A stretch of 11,455 nucleotides of DNA from Oculatellaceae cyanobacterium bins.114. Lineage in GTDB: Bacteria; Cyanobacteriota; Cyanobacteriia; Elainellales; Elainellaceae. The DNA lies in contig JANRJA010000047.1 in the NCBI GenBank assembly GCA_033764315.1, positions 1-11,455 of the forward strand, in the 5' to 3' direction. The notes below the pieces were generated by a model. It was given only the letters and a program-made list of their open reading frames with translations, did not search any database and was not told where the DNA came from. Of this stretch, positions 1 to 7,370 are shown piece by piece. Numbering within the stretch: the first letter of the stretch is position 1; each line of letters opens with the position of its first letter. The position numbers and the translations under genes were made by a program.

Positions 1-86
1 AGCAAGCGCTCAAATTCTGCTTGAGTCAGTCCTGTCAAGCTTCTGAGCACTTGAGGTTTGCTTTGAATTTTGGCGTACGATAGCAT
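1..86 (-). CDS. IS5-family (ISL2-group-like) transposase, N-terminal part, runs off the window edge
   Basis: Manual translation from the ATG at 86 gives MLSYAKIQSKPQVLRSLTGLTQAEFERL, 19/28 identical to the N-terminus of the 164..1075 transposase (MLNYAKVQGKPYILQSLTGLKPAEFEQL). Not in the ORF track. Confidence 0.9.
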   Translation of the reverse strand, partial: MLSYAKIQSKPQVLRSLTGLTQAEFERL

Positions 87-120
87 TGCCGGTTCCGAAA
101 TTATTTACTTTCTAGGCTAA

Positions 121-140
121 CCTATTTCCGATTAAGTCTA
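121..140 (-). repeat. Left terminal inverted repeat of the minus-strand IS
   Basis: CCTATTTCCGATTAAGTCTA reads TAGACTTAATCGGAAATAGG on the minus strand, upstream of the ATG at 86. It is 18/20 identical to 1121-1140 and in the same orientation. Confidence 0.8.
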
Positions 141-163
141 GTGCATACTCGGAGCACAACCGG

Positions 164-1075
164 ATGTTAAACTACGCCAAAGTTCAAGGTAAACCCTACA
201 TTCTGCAAAGTCTGACTGGACTCAAGCCAGCAGAGTTTGAGCAATTGCTGACCAGCTTTGATGGGGCATGGCAGGAGTACATCGAGCGGGAGTATGTGCA
301 ACGACCGCGGGCGCGCCGGTATGGTGGGGGACGTCATGCGGAACTAAGCAGCAGTGCCGATAAGTTGCTATTCATCCTGGTGTACTTCCGGTTGTATCCG
401 ACTCAAGTGGTGCAAGGCTTTCTGTTTGGCTTGGGGCAAACACAAGCGTGTGAGTGGATTCACAAATTAAGTGGGATCCTCAATCAAGCCTTGGGCTACG
501 AGAAACAACTGCCAGAGCGTTCACCTGCCCGGTTGGAGCAGGTGTTGAGTGAGTGTCCGAGTTTAGAATTTTTGATGGACGGGACTCATCGACCCATAAA
601 TCGTCCGAAAGACCGGGACCAGCAGCAGGACTACTACAGTGGTAAGAAGAAGCGTCACACGGTAAATAACGTGGTGATTAGCGAACGGGGTGGCAAGGTG
701 AAGTTTTTGAGCGACACTTATTGCGGTCGGGTGCATGACAAGGCGATTTGCGACGGGGAGGACTATCAGTTTCCACCGGGGAGCACCGTTTGCCAAGACC
801 TGGGATTTCAAGGATTTGCCCCACCAGGAGTGAGGATTAAGCAACCGAAGAAGAAACCCCGTAACCAGGAGTTAAGTGAGAGCGATCAACAACACAATCA
901 GGAGATTTCGAGCGAGCGGGTTGAGATTGAACATCACATGAGTGGCATCAAGCGCTGCAACATTGTGGTGCACAAGTTTCGCAACCGGATGAAAGACTAT
1001 GTGGATGAGGTGATGGAAACGGCGTGTGGGCTGCACAACTTCCGCCTCACCCATCGTCAACTCAAAGTTGCTTAA
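164..1075 (+). CDS. DDE transposase (HTH_Tnp_4 + DDE_Tnp_4-like)
   Basis: 303 aa. N-terminal SLTGL..EF, DKLLFILVYFRLYPTQ HTH region, catalytic motifs MDGT..PINRP, YSGKKKRHT, QDLGFQG and RVEIEH..GIKR. Confidence 0.93.
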   Translation: MLNYAKVQGKPYILQSLTGLKPAEFEQLLTSFDGAWQEYIEREYVQRPRARRYGGGRHAELSSSADKLLFILVYFRLYPTQVVQGFLFGLGQTQACEWIHKLSGILNQALGYEKQLPERSPARLEQVLSECPSLEFLMDGTHRPINRPKDRDQQQDYYSGKKKRHTVNNVVISERGGKVKFLSDTYCGRVHDKAICDGEDYQFPPGSTVCQDLGFQGFAPPGVRIKQPKKKPRNQELSESDQQHNQEISSERVEIEHHMSGIKRCNIVVHKFRNRMKDYVDEVMETACGLHNFRLTHRQLKVA

Positions 1076-1120
1076 GTCCGAATGCTGATGCACCCTACCT
1101 TCAACTGTTTTGAATGTTAC

Positions 1121-1140
1121 CCTATTTCCGATAATGTCTA
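1121..1140 (+). repeat. Right terminal inverted repeat of the plus-strand IS
   Basis: CCTATTTCCGATAATGTCTA lies 45 bp after the transposase stop and ends in TA; composition shifts to AT-rich immediately after it. Confidence 0.8.
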
Positions 1141-1323
1141 TTGAAGATCATGATTATCAAGATCATATAATTCAGTCTTGCTTAAGATGTCTTCAAGCTT
1201 ATCAAGATCAGATCCTGAAGGAATCACAATTATAGTGCTATCAAATGAATAAGCCTCACGACAAAAATCGCGAAATATTTCAACATTTTGAGGCTCGATA
1301 ATTCTAATATTTCGCTCCCGCAT
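1138..1323 (-). pseudogene. Fragment of an AT-rich gene of unknown function, truncated by the IS
   Basis: Its TAG stop (1140-1138) lies in the terminal bases of the IS repeat. The frame stays open upstream (VDGDGSKQ-MRERN...) up to the MITE-like element. Confidence 0.5.
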
Positions 1324-1347
1324 TTGTTTACTACCATCGCCATCAAC

Positions 1348-1483
1348 GGCACTGGTCTCTAAAGAGGTGATAAAACCTGTAAGGTTCGTCTTGCAAGGGT
1401 TCTAGCCGATTTTCTGCAAGTAGCCTGAAATCTTTATTGACTTTGGCTTTTAGAGGTTCATCACCTATTAACAGTCCAGTGCC
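1348..1483. mobile_element. MITE-like non-coding element of about 136 bp
   Basis: Imperfect inverted ends of about 35 bp: GGCACTGGTCTCTAAAGAGGTGATAAAACCTGTAA versus (reverse complement) GGCACTGGACTGTTAATAGGTGATGAACCTCTAA. No target duplication is visible. Confidence 0.65.
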
Positions 1484-1626
1484 GGCAAAATTGACCTTTG
1501 TAGGTTGAATTTGATTTAGTGTACTTAATTAGTAATGGTAAGATATATCCAAGCTCATTAGCTAGATTATTTGCACTTTGCTATGAAAGTCTTCGCTAAT
1601 AAAAGTACGCAATCCAAATATATTTT

Positions 1627-2169
1627 TTATGCGTTAGGGTTCTTAGGCACATGAAAATGGAAGCGTTTTCCTGAATCTTGCCAAACGTCATAATTGGCAA
1701 GGATTAGGCGTTCCTTCACAGTTGCGGGCTCAAGCTTAAGCGTCTTCGCTAGCCAAAGTCGAAATTCGTCAGCTTTTTCCTTGCTAACAGTAATGACCTG
1801 ACTCTCTTTGAAGAACTCTCTGATCTTGACCAGTGTTGCTTTGTATTTTGATTGAGTTGTTTTAGCCAGGTCAGGTAATTTTGCTTCAAAGAATCGTTTG
1901 AATAGGTCAGCAACTTTCACCTGTTCCCGACGTTGTGCAGTTGTCGAGGATTTGTATTTCTCAAGGGTGGGGTCGAAGTTTCCAGTCGCCATATCCCCTT
2001 CGATAATCCGAGCTTTTCCCTCTCCAACCGTCCGGTTCAGTTTAGTGTCGGGCAAACCAGTGTAGTGATAGTAGCGTTTATACTGCCAAGTCCACACAAG
2101 CCTTAGTCTTTCTGTGAAGGATTGAACAACGACGGTTCCCTTCAAGGCTTTCTTCCGCTTCTCTGACAT
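1627..2169 (-). pseudogene. Truncated tyrosine integrase (arm-binding DUF3596-like and core-binding/SAM-like domains; catalytic domain missing)
   Basis: RLRLVWTWQYKRYY..GLPDTKLNR...KARIIEGDMATGNFDPTLEKYK is typical of cyanobacterial integrase N-termini. Resemblance ends after TVKERLI (about 1700), no R-H-R-H-Y catalytic motifs are present, and the gene lies next to a tRNA-derived att. Confidence 0.85.
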
Positions 2170-2199
2170 ATTGGTAAAAGGGCGATTTTAGCTAGAACG

Positions 2200-2221
2200 G
2201 CACATCAATCCGCACATCAAT
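2200..2221. repeat. Tandem direct repeat GCACATCAAT x2, putative integrase arm-type sites of the left element
   Basis: Exact 10-mers at 2200-2209 and 2212-2221, between the att core and the integrase start. Confidence 0.6.
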
Positions 2222-2304
2222 AATCAAAGAACTGTAGTGAAAATGGTGAATTTTGAGCAGGTGTACTCACTCTCGAAAAGCTCGAAACACCTATCTAGAA
2301 ACGT

Positions 2305-2329
2305 TAAAACCCTCTGTGAAAGGGTTTTA
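2305..2329. other. Perfect 9-bp inverted repeat just downstream of the tRNA fragment
   Basis: TAAAACCCT-ctgtgaa-AGGGTTTTA; either a terminator-like hairpin or an att accessory site. Confidence 0.55.
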
Positions 2330-2334
2330 GAAAA

Positions 2335-2381
2335 AGCCCGTGACGAGGATTGAACTCGTGACCTCACCCTTACCAAGAGTG
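2335..2381 (-). other. 3' fragment of tRNA-Thr(GGT), att core of an integrative element (not a functional tRNA)
   Basis: Minus strand reads CACTC-TTGGTAA-GGGTG-AGGTC-ACGAG-TTCAATC-CTCGT-CACGGGC-T: anticodon arm (GGT), T-arm and 3' acceptor strand. No D-arm or 5' acceptor strand lies upstream. Confidence 0.92.
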
Positions 2382-2440
2382 TATCAGATCTACATAAAGC
2401 TTCTTCAGAGAGGCAATTTCAGCCATTCTCAATAAGACCG

Positions 2441-2459
2441 TCTACCAATCTTCTACCAA
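2441..2459. repeat. Tandem direct repeat TCTACCAA x2, putative arm-type sites of the right element
   Basis: Exact 8-mers at 2441-2448 and 2452-2459 (11-bp period), about 60 bp from the att core. Confidence 0.5.
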
Positions 2460-2527
2460 AGCATAGTTCATTTTTCTCTATCTCCTGAGCTTTTATAAGG
2501 ATATTTTCCTTGAAGCAGCAAGTCTAT

Positions 2528-3154
2528 CTACCGAACTAATAACTTGTTTTGGGCGTTCGCCTGTTGAATCACAAAGCTGTTGCTGGTAAAAACTTGGATA
2601 CCTGGAACGATAGCGTAGTCCATATCATCGGTAATAATTCTGACTTGTCCTGATCCTGCTTTGCTAATAGCTTCGAGAATCAGTAGGTCATAACCATCCA
2701 AGGCTTGAGTTTGGAAGCGTGCCAGAGCCGCGCTCGTTGTGTCATCATCAATGGTCAACCTAACAGGTACCGCGATCGCCTCTACTTGAGTCCAAGCAGA
2801 CCGAACTTGAGACACAACATTTAGTCTCTCTGCTGGAAGATTGTGGCGGTATTCTTTTGGTCTTATAAATCCATTAGCTTGAATATAAATTTCTCGCTCA
2901 GTTTTCTCAATGATATGAGCGAGTTCAGCAAGGATCAGTCCAAGATAGGTCAGAGTCGATCCTTGAGAAAGGGCTGACGACAGGTAGCTAGAATACTCGC
3001 TGATTTTTGCGGGAGCGGTGGGATGTGAAACACTAGCGTTACTGTAGGTCTGCCAGAACCAAACGTTAGTATCGACCAAGAAGATGTCATCCTGTTGAGG
3101 AGTATCGTTTCTAATATCAATGACATCGGCTTGAACGCTGAGATTGACTGGCAT
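2528..3154 (-). CDS. PIN-domain protein (putative ribonuclease toxin)
   Basis: 208 aa with the acidic PIN motifs FLVDTNVW, LAELAH, LDGYDLLI and IITDDMDY. Confidence 0.88.
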   Translation of the reverse strand: MPVNLSVQADVIDIRNDTPQQDDIFLVDTNVWFWQTYSNASVSHPTAPAKISEYSSYLSSALSQGSTLTYLGLILAELAHIIEKTEREIYIQANGFIRPKEYRHNLPAERLNVVSQVRSAWTQVEAIAVPVRLTIDDDTTSAALARFQTQALDGYDLLILEAISKAGSGQVRIITDDMDYAIVPGIQVFTSNSFVIQQANAQNKLLVR

Positions 3155-3156
3155 AC

Positions 3157-3504
3157 CTAGAAGCTAGAGGCGTATTCTTCCAACACCGTATCGACCGCTC
3201 TCTGGTACTGCGGGTCAGTGTAGTAACGCTTTGCGCTAGTAATTACCTGCCTTAAAACAGTTTGCCCATTAGTATTGAGGTTTGTAAAGCTCAGTAAACA
3301 ATTTAGGTTTTCTACTGAAATGTCTTTTAGAAGCTGCCCGACAGCATTGTTGAAGAAGGGGGAGGCAAAAATTTTCACTCCAGCAAAATCTAACTCAATC
3401 GGGGTTTCTGCTATCAAAGCTGGATGAATTAAGTCATAAACTTTCTGCCCACTATCAGCGGCAATTGCATACTCGCCAGCAATTTCATATATCCTATAGA
3501 GCAT
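3157..3504 (-). CDS. STAS-like domain protein (DUF4325-like)
   Basis: GQKVYDLI...IELDFAGVKIFASPFFNNAVGQL pattern. Start reassigned to the ATG at 3504, which has an upstream AGGGAG SD-like sequence. The stop is 2 nt before the PIN ATG. Confidence 0.85.
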   Translation of the reverse strand: MLYRIYEIAGEYAIAADSGQKVYDLIHPALIAETPIELDFAGVKIFASPFFNNAVGQLLKDISVENLNCLLSFTNLNTNGQTVLRQVITSAKRYYTDPQYQRAVDTVLEEYASSF

Positions 3505-3518
3505 TCTTTTTTCTCCCT

Positions 3519-4433
3519 CTAGAACCACGGCTTCTCAAAATCAGAGATTTCTGAGGCTAGACAGTAGTAAGACTCATCACACCCAAATGCGATATTGACA
3601 AGTGCCCCAGAGAAATTAGTACATTTGTCCTCGCATCTCATTCCATTATCGTCGATCGTGACACAACCATCATTACTGAAAATCATGAGGTTTCCATGAT
3701 TTTTCGTAACAAATTCTTGAAGCAAGCTTAATCCACTCCCACCACAGATGTCATCTTGCTTTGTGGTGTTTCCAGGTAAAAAAGCCCAGGTTAATGCCTC
3801 TGTGGCAGACTTTGTTGAATTCATCGGTAAAGAACGGACACTATTAGGGATACCGATACCAAAGTCAATGACGGTTAACTGAAGAACACCCATGTAGGGG
3901 TAGTGCTGCCCACAACTGAATACTCCAATCTCAGAACGGCTGTGCTCGAAGGCGTTTAAGTAAATTTCTGAGGTTTGCCCAGTAATCGCCTCCTGAAGGG
4001 CAGGACTGATATTGACCCAACCCTTCCCTAACCACTTGTAACGGAGATAGTCTGCGATCGCGTTTGGTTCATGCTGGAGATCGCAGCGGTAAGGGATTGA
4101 ATTGCCATCCCAAGGATTGAGGTTACAACCAAAGTCGCAGAGAAAACCGTTTTGAGCCAAATTCATGTGAATTTTGCGAGGCAAACTTTCCCAATCGAAC
4201 GTTACTCGACCACCGCGGAATTCAATCAAGCGAATCAAGCCGCCCAAGAAAGCAACACCGTTATGCCCCAGGAATTCGCAGTAGTGAAAGTCAATAGCAA
4301 TGTCTAGCTGACTTTCAGGTAAGTGCTGGATGTCGTGCCATAAGGCAAAAAGTTTATCGAAGTAGCGAGGGTCATCGTAAATCGTGGGGACATACAGGAT
4401 GGGATGAGGTAGGGATGGGAGGTTTAACAGCAC
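3519..4433 (-). CDS. STAS-like + HATPase (GHKL) protein, RsbW/SpoIIAB-like putative serine kinase/ATPase
   Basis: N-box SEIYLNAFEHS, G1 DFGIGI, G2 GGSGL, G3 GALV. N-terminal IAIDFHYCEFLGHNGVAFLGGL..GGRVTF..LAQNGF is STAS-like. No HisKA H-box or TM segment. GTG start. Confidence 0.85.
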   Translation of the reverse strand: MLLNLPSLPHPILYVPTIYDDPRYFDKLFALWHDIQHLPESQLDIAIDFHYCEFLGHNGVAFLGGLIRLIEFRGGRVTFDWESLPRKIHMNLAQNGFLCDFGCNLNPWDGNSIPYRCDLQHEPNAIADYLRYKWLGKGWVNISPALQEAITGQTSEIYLNAFEHSRSEIGVFSCGQHYPYMGVLQLTVIDFGIGIPNSVRSLPMNSTKSATEALTWAFLPGNTTKQDDICGGSGLSLLQEFVTKNHGNLMIFSNDGCVTIDDNGMRCEDKCTNFSGALVNIAFGCDESYYCLASEISDFEKPWF

Positions 4434-4482
4434 ACCACATTAGAGAGTATTGAGGCAGTTTTTCCATTCATAGCACTGCTTG

Positions 4483-4511
4483 ATTGTAGAGGGACAGGCA
4501 AAAATTGTTAA
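4483..4511 (-). promoter_or_regulatory. Candidate sigma70-type promoter for the HATPase-STAS-PIN operon
   Basis: Minus strand TTAACA (4511-4506), 17-nt spacer, TACAAT (4488-4483), about 50 bp upstream of the GTG. Confidence 0.5.
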
Positions 4512-4562
4512 TCCGTTCCTTAGTACATAATTTAGACAAGTTGAGGGAATGGGATTTTGGTT

Positions 4563-6113
4563 CTACTGACTGTCACTCAGCACAAAAATCAGTTCAACCT
4601 TCGCCCGTGTCAAAGCCACATAGTTTAGGTTCATTTCCTGCTTTAATTCCCAGGGCTGCTGATTCTCCCATATTAGAGGCAACTTGTCAGGGTAAAGGAT
4701 GAACACTCGATCTTCCTCCAAACCCTTTGCACGATGGACAGTAGAGAGAATCACCGACGGACGATCGTCGCTAAATAGTCCCTCAATCTCCATACAGAAA
4801 ACCTCCAGGGTTTTGCAGTTGAAGGCTTCGTAGCAGGCTTTTACCCCATTCACGCGATCGCTAAAGCTCTCAATCTGCGATTCTGAATTTGACCGTTGCT
4901 TCAGCTTGGCGATCCGGTTGGTTCGATACTTGTCCAGAAACTCGTCAAACTGACAGAAGTTGAAACTGGGAAGTTGTGCCACCTCACGGGCGATCGCCGT
5001 TAACATTCTTCCAATATCTCGCCCGCGAACTCGTGCTGGAATGCGTTGAGTAATCAAGTCAATGCAAAGGCTGATCAGTGGAGCCGTTAAGCGACAGAGA
5101 ATTAGATCCCCTTCCTTGACGACTTCCGGCAGTTTCGATTCTTTGATCGTTTCCACTTTGCCATCAGGTGCGCCTGGTGCTGCTTCAATTTGGGGCACAA
5201 TCTTTTTTGCCAGTTCCAGCACATTCACCGGGCAACGGTAACAGATGGAAAGGGGTAGTTCTTGGGCTTGTAATGTCTCTTTGATCCGGTTGAACGATTC
5301 ACAATCAGCCCCCGCAAATCCGTAAATGGCTTGCAGTGGATCACCGACTAACAGCATCCGCCCACCCCTCGCCCGCGCTTTGAGGATCAGATGCAGTTGT
5401 GCGGCTGAAAGATCCTGCGCTTCATCGACAAACACCCATTCAAACGTCTGCGGCTTCAGCTCCCAGACATAGGGTAAGTAGAGCATATCGGAGTAGTCGA
5501 TGATTTTGTCATGCCGCGCCAGGTCTTGCCCCTGTTCGAGGATGGTCACGATCGCTGGGATGATCACACTTGAATAAGGCACCTCCAAACCAAAGTGATT
5601 CGCCATGTCCAGAATAGCGATCGCACTACCTGGATCGGTCAAGGTGCATTGAGTGAAGTGAACCAGTTGCGCGATCGTACCCTGCAAGTCTTCCTGTTTT
5701 GGGATAGATTCCGGTTCATGCTCCGGATCTGCTCCTGCCCTTGCCCACTCCTGCAACTGCCGCGTATAGTGAGCCGTTAACTGTGAATGCAGCCCGATCA
5801 CCACATCCCGACATAGGTTTCGATATTTGTTGTCATCCAACACAGTTCGCCCTAGATAGCGAGACACACAGCGATTGCCGAGACTGTGAATGGTGCGACA
5901 GGTCATGGAGGGAATGCGATCACTCAAAGTTTTGGCAATGTGGGTATTGAATGCTGCAAACAATGCGCGGGAAGTTTTGAGTCGTTCTGAAGCTTGGATG
6001 AGTGTTGTGGTTTTACCGGAGCCTGCCACGGCATTTACGATCGCATCTCCGCGACCGTTGATAATCCAATCGAAGATAGCTTGTTGATAGTGAGACGGTG
6101 TGAAATTCGGCAT
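4563..6113 (-). CDS. UvrD/Rep-like superfamily 1 helicase (phage/mobile-element type)
   Basis: AVAGSGKTT, VDEAQD, VGDPLQAIYGFAGAD, LSICYRCP, STVHRAKGLE and YVALTRAK motifs; 516 aa. Confidence 0.93.
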   Translation of the reverse strand: MPNFTPSHYQQAIFDWIINGRGDAIVNAVAGSGKTTTLIQASERLKTSRALFAAFNTHIAKTLSDRIPSMTCRTIHSLGNRCVSRYLGRTVLDDNKYRNLCRDVVIGLHSQLTAHYTRQLQEWARAGADPEHEPESIPKQEDLQGTIAQLVHFTQCTLTDPGSAIAILDMANHFGLEVPYSSVIIPAIVTILEQGQDLARHDKIIDYSDMLYLPYVWELKPQTFEWVFVDEAQDLSAAQLHLILKARARGGRMLLVGDPLQAIYGFAGADCESFNRIKETLQAQELPLSICYRCPVNVLELAKKIVPQIEAAPGAPDGKVETIKESKLPEVVKEGDLILCRLTAPLISLCIDLITQRIPARVRGRDIGRMLTAIAREVAQLPSFNFCQFDEFLDKYRTNRIAKLKQRSNSESQIESFSDRVNGVKACYEAFNCKTLEVFCMEIEGLFSDDRPSVILSTVHRAKGLEEDRVFILYPDKLPLIWENQQPWELKQEMNLNYVALTRAKVELIFVLSDSQ

Positions 6114-6131
6114 GGGTCGGCTAGGATGAAA

Positions 6132-6156
6132 GTGTGATTTTTGTTTGTGAAGGGGC
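6132..6156 (-). repeat. Start-associated leader motif, copy 1 (before the helicase)
   Basis: Coding strand GCCCCTTCACAAACAAAAATCACAC, 18 nt before the ATG at 6113; overlaps the AGGGGC/GCCCCT hairpin at 6151-6176. Confidence 0.8.
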
Positions 6157-6179
6157 TTGGTGTGATGCCTGCCCCTCTT

Positions 6180-6473
6180 TTATTGGGGCTGCCAAAGCTT
6201 GCGACAATTCATCACCCTGGCATTGTTCTTCCAACGTTTGTACTTCGCTTCGAGCCGTCGTGCGTCCTGGCTAGTGGGCACCTCCAACAAGCGACAGAGA
6301 TGATAAGGGATGCCCTGCTCACCCGCCACTTTCAGCATCTTTGCCCCGCGACCTGAATTGTGTTCGCGCATCCGTTGGTTGATGTCGATGCAACTGCCCA
6401 GATAGAGCGAGGCTTGATGCTGTGAGGTTCCAAGTGGACGGGACAGCTTCACCATGTAGAGGTAAGCCATCAC
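6180..6473 (-). CDS. Small GIY-YIG nuclease family protein
   Basis: YLYMV...LYLGSCIDINQRMREHNSGRGAK...ARRLEAKYKRWK pattern (YhbQ/SLX1-like). Confidence 0.8.
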   Translation of the reverse strand: MMAYLYMVKLSRPLGTSQHQASLYLGSCIDINQRMREHNSGRGAKMLKVAGEQGIPYHLCRLLEVPTSQDARRLEAKYKRWKNNARVMNCRKLWQPQ

Positions 6474-6479
6474 ATAGCC

Positions 6480-6710
6480 TCAAAACTCGTCCATCCAGGC
6501 GGTTTCGGCTTCAAACTCTGCCAGTAGTTTCCTTACTCGTTCTAAAACAATTCGGCAACCATCGGCGTAACCTTGCAAGTATTCCAAACTACCTCGGTGC
6601 TTGGGTGGAGTGCCATCGGTGCCATCAGTTACACCGTCGTCGTACATTTCCTTTGCCAGTTGTTGAGATTCGATCGCATAGCGTTCATAGGGTTCGCAGT
6701 TGATGATCAT
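6480..6710 (-). CDS. Hypothetical protein (76 aa)
   Basis: Co-oriented and tightly packed in the operon, preceded by the leader motif; has internal YDDGVTDG / YLQGYADG pseudo-repeats. Confidence 0.7.
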   Translation of the reverse strand: MIINCEPYERYAIESQQLAKEMYDDGVTDGTDGTPPKHRGSLEYLQGYADGCRIVLERVRKLLAEFEAETAWMDEF

Positions 6711-6713
6711 GGC

Positions 6714-6735
6714 GTGATTTTTGTGGGTGAAGAGG
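6714..6735 (-). repeat. Start-associated leader motif, copy 2 (degenerate)
   Basis: Coding strand CCTCTTCACCCACAAAAATCAC-gcc-ATG(6710). Confidence 0.65.
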
Positions 6736-6744
6736 AACAGAAAG

Positions 6745-7065
6745 TTAGTACTCAGAGGAGTGCATCAGGGTGAGGACTCGTCGAGTGGCGTTGGGACTGG
6801 CAGGATCAATGGAATGAGCTTGCAGGGTGGGATCGGGATAGTCGATTTTCCAGAAGTAGCGTTCGCCATCGAGTTCAACGATGCCAAAGTCGTGTTCTCC
6901 GTGGGGGTCGTTCTCCGACGTGAAGTTGTTGAACTCCTGCACTTGTTGGATCAAGGCTGCTTTTTTGTCACCTGGTAAAGAGCTAACTCGCATGGTTAAC
7001 ACCCATTTACCAAGGCGTTGATCTCCCCGACGGAATTGGTCGTTAAGTTGGGCGATCGCGTTCAT
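6745..7065 (-). CDS. DUF3768-domain protein
   Basis: IAQLNDQFRR...F..ENDPHGEHDFG...FWKIDY.D...S.DPASPNATRRVLTLM..EY signature. Confidence 0.9.
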   Translation of the reverse strand: MNAIAQLNDQFRRGDQRLGKWVLTMRVSSLPGDKKAALIQQVQEFNNFTSENDPHGEHDFGIVELDGERYFWKIDYPDPTLQAHSIDPASPNATRRVLTLMHSSEY

Positions 7066-7067
7066 GA

Positions 7068-7091
7068 TGTGATTGTTGTTTGTGAAAGGGC
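7068..7091 (-). repeat. Start-associated leader motif, copy 3
   Basis: Coding strand GCCCTTTCACAAACAACAATCACA-tc-ATG(7065). Confidence 0.85.
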
Positions 7092-7130
7092 ATGAAGGGC
7101 AGTTTTAGGACATACCCAGGTCGAAAAGTG

Positions 7131-7346
7131 TTAGTCAATGGAAATGTGACCACAGCTTCCGGTGTAGGGTTTACCCGTGGTGCGTTCGTGAAACTGCGCT
7201 AAGGTTTCTGGTCGAGCGCGATGCAGGTTTACCGTCAGATATTCCAAATCCCGTGGATCTAACCCAGCCCGGACATGAGCAGTCATGCTGCCAAGTGGAG
7301 TCTGAACAAAGGGATTGATGAAGATGACAGCGGTTGTGTTTTTCAT
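7131..7346 (-). CDS. Hypothetical protein (71 aa), first gene of the leftward operon
   Basis: Start moved from 7409 to the ATG at 7346 (MKNTTAVIFINPF...), which directly follows the leader motif. Confidence 0.65.
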   Translation of the reverse strand: MKNTTAVIFINPFVQTPLGSMTAHVRAGLDPRDLEYLTVNLHRARPETLAQFHERTTGKPYTGSCGHISID

Positions 7347-7347
7347 G

Positions 7348-7370
7348 GTGTGATTTTGTTTGTGAAAGGG
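7348..7370 (-). repeat. Start-associated leader motif, copy 4
   Basis: Coding strand CCCTTTCACAAACAAAATCACAC-c-ATG(7346). Confidence 0.85.

Larger units (their letters stand above)
141..1140 (+). mobile_element. IS5-family (ISL2-group-like) insertion sequence whose left end is interrupted
   Basis: Transposase ORF followed by a terminal repeat at 1121-1140. There is no correctly oriented left IR in the 23 bp before the ATG. Confidence 0.8.

Noticed and set aside
563..1093. Minus-strand ORFs 563..844 and 872..1093
   Set aside because: Antisense shadows of the transposase with no recognisable motifs.
121..1140. The two 20-bp repeats as the IR pair or target duplication of a single IS
   Set aside because: They are in direct orientation and differ at 2 positions, which fits ends of two different IS copies. 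The exact 1000-bp spacing is treated as coincidence.
2335..2410. Intact tRNA-Thr gene
   Set aside because: No D-arm and no 5' acceptor strand complementary to CACGGGC; only the 3' portion is present.
3519..4433. Classical two-component sensor histidine kinase
   Set aside because: No HisKA H-box, TM sensor or neighbouring response regulator; the adjacent gene is STAS-like.
4563..6113. Host housekeeping uvrD/pcrA, or Gabija GajB
   Set aside because: Shorter than typical PcrA/UvrD, located in a mobile-element operon, and with no adjacent OLD-family GajA nuclease.
4505..6978. Plus-strand short ORFs (4505, 5595, 5741, 5890, 6141, 6422, 6573, 6721)
   Set aside because: All are antisense to well-supported minus-strand genes.
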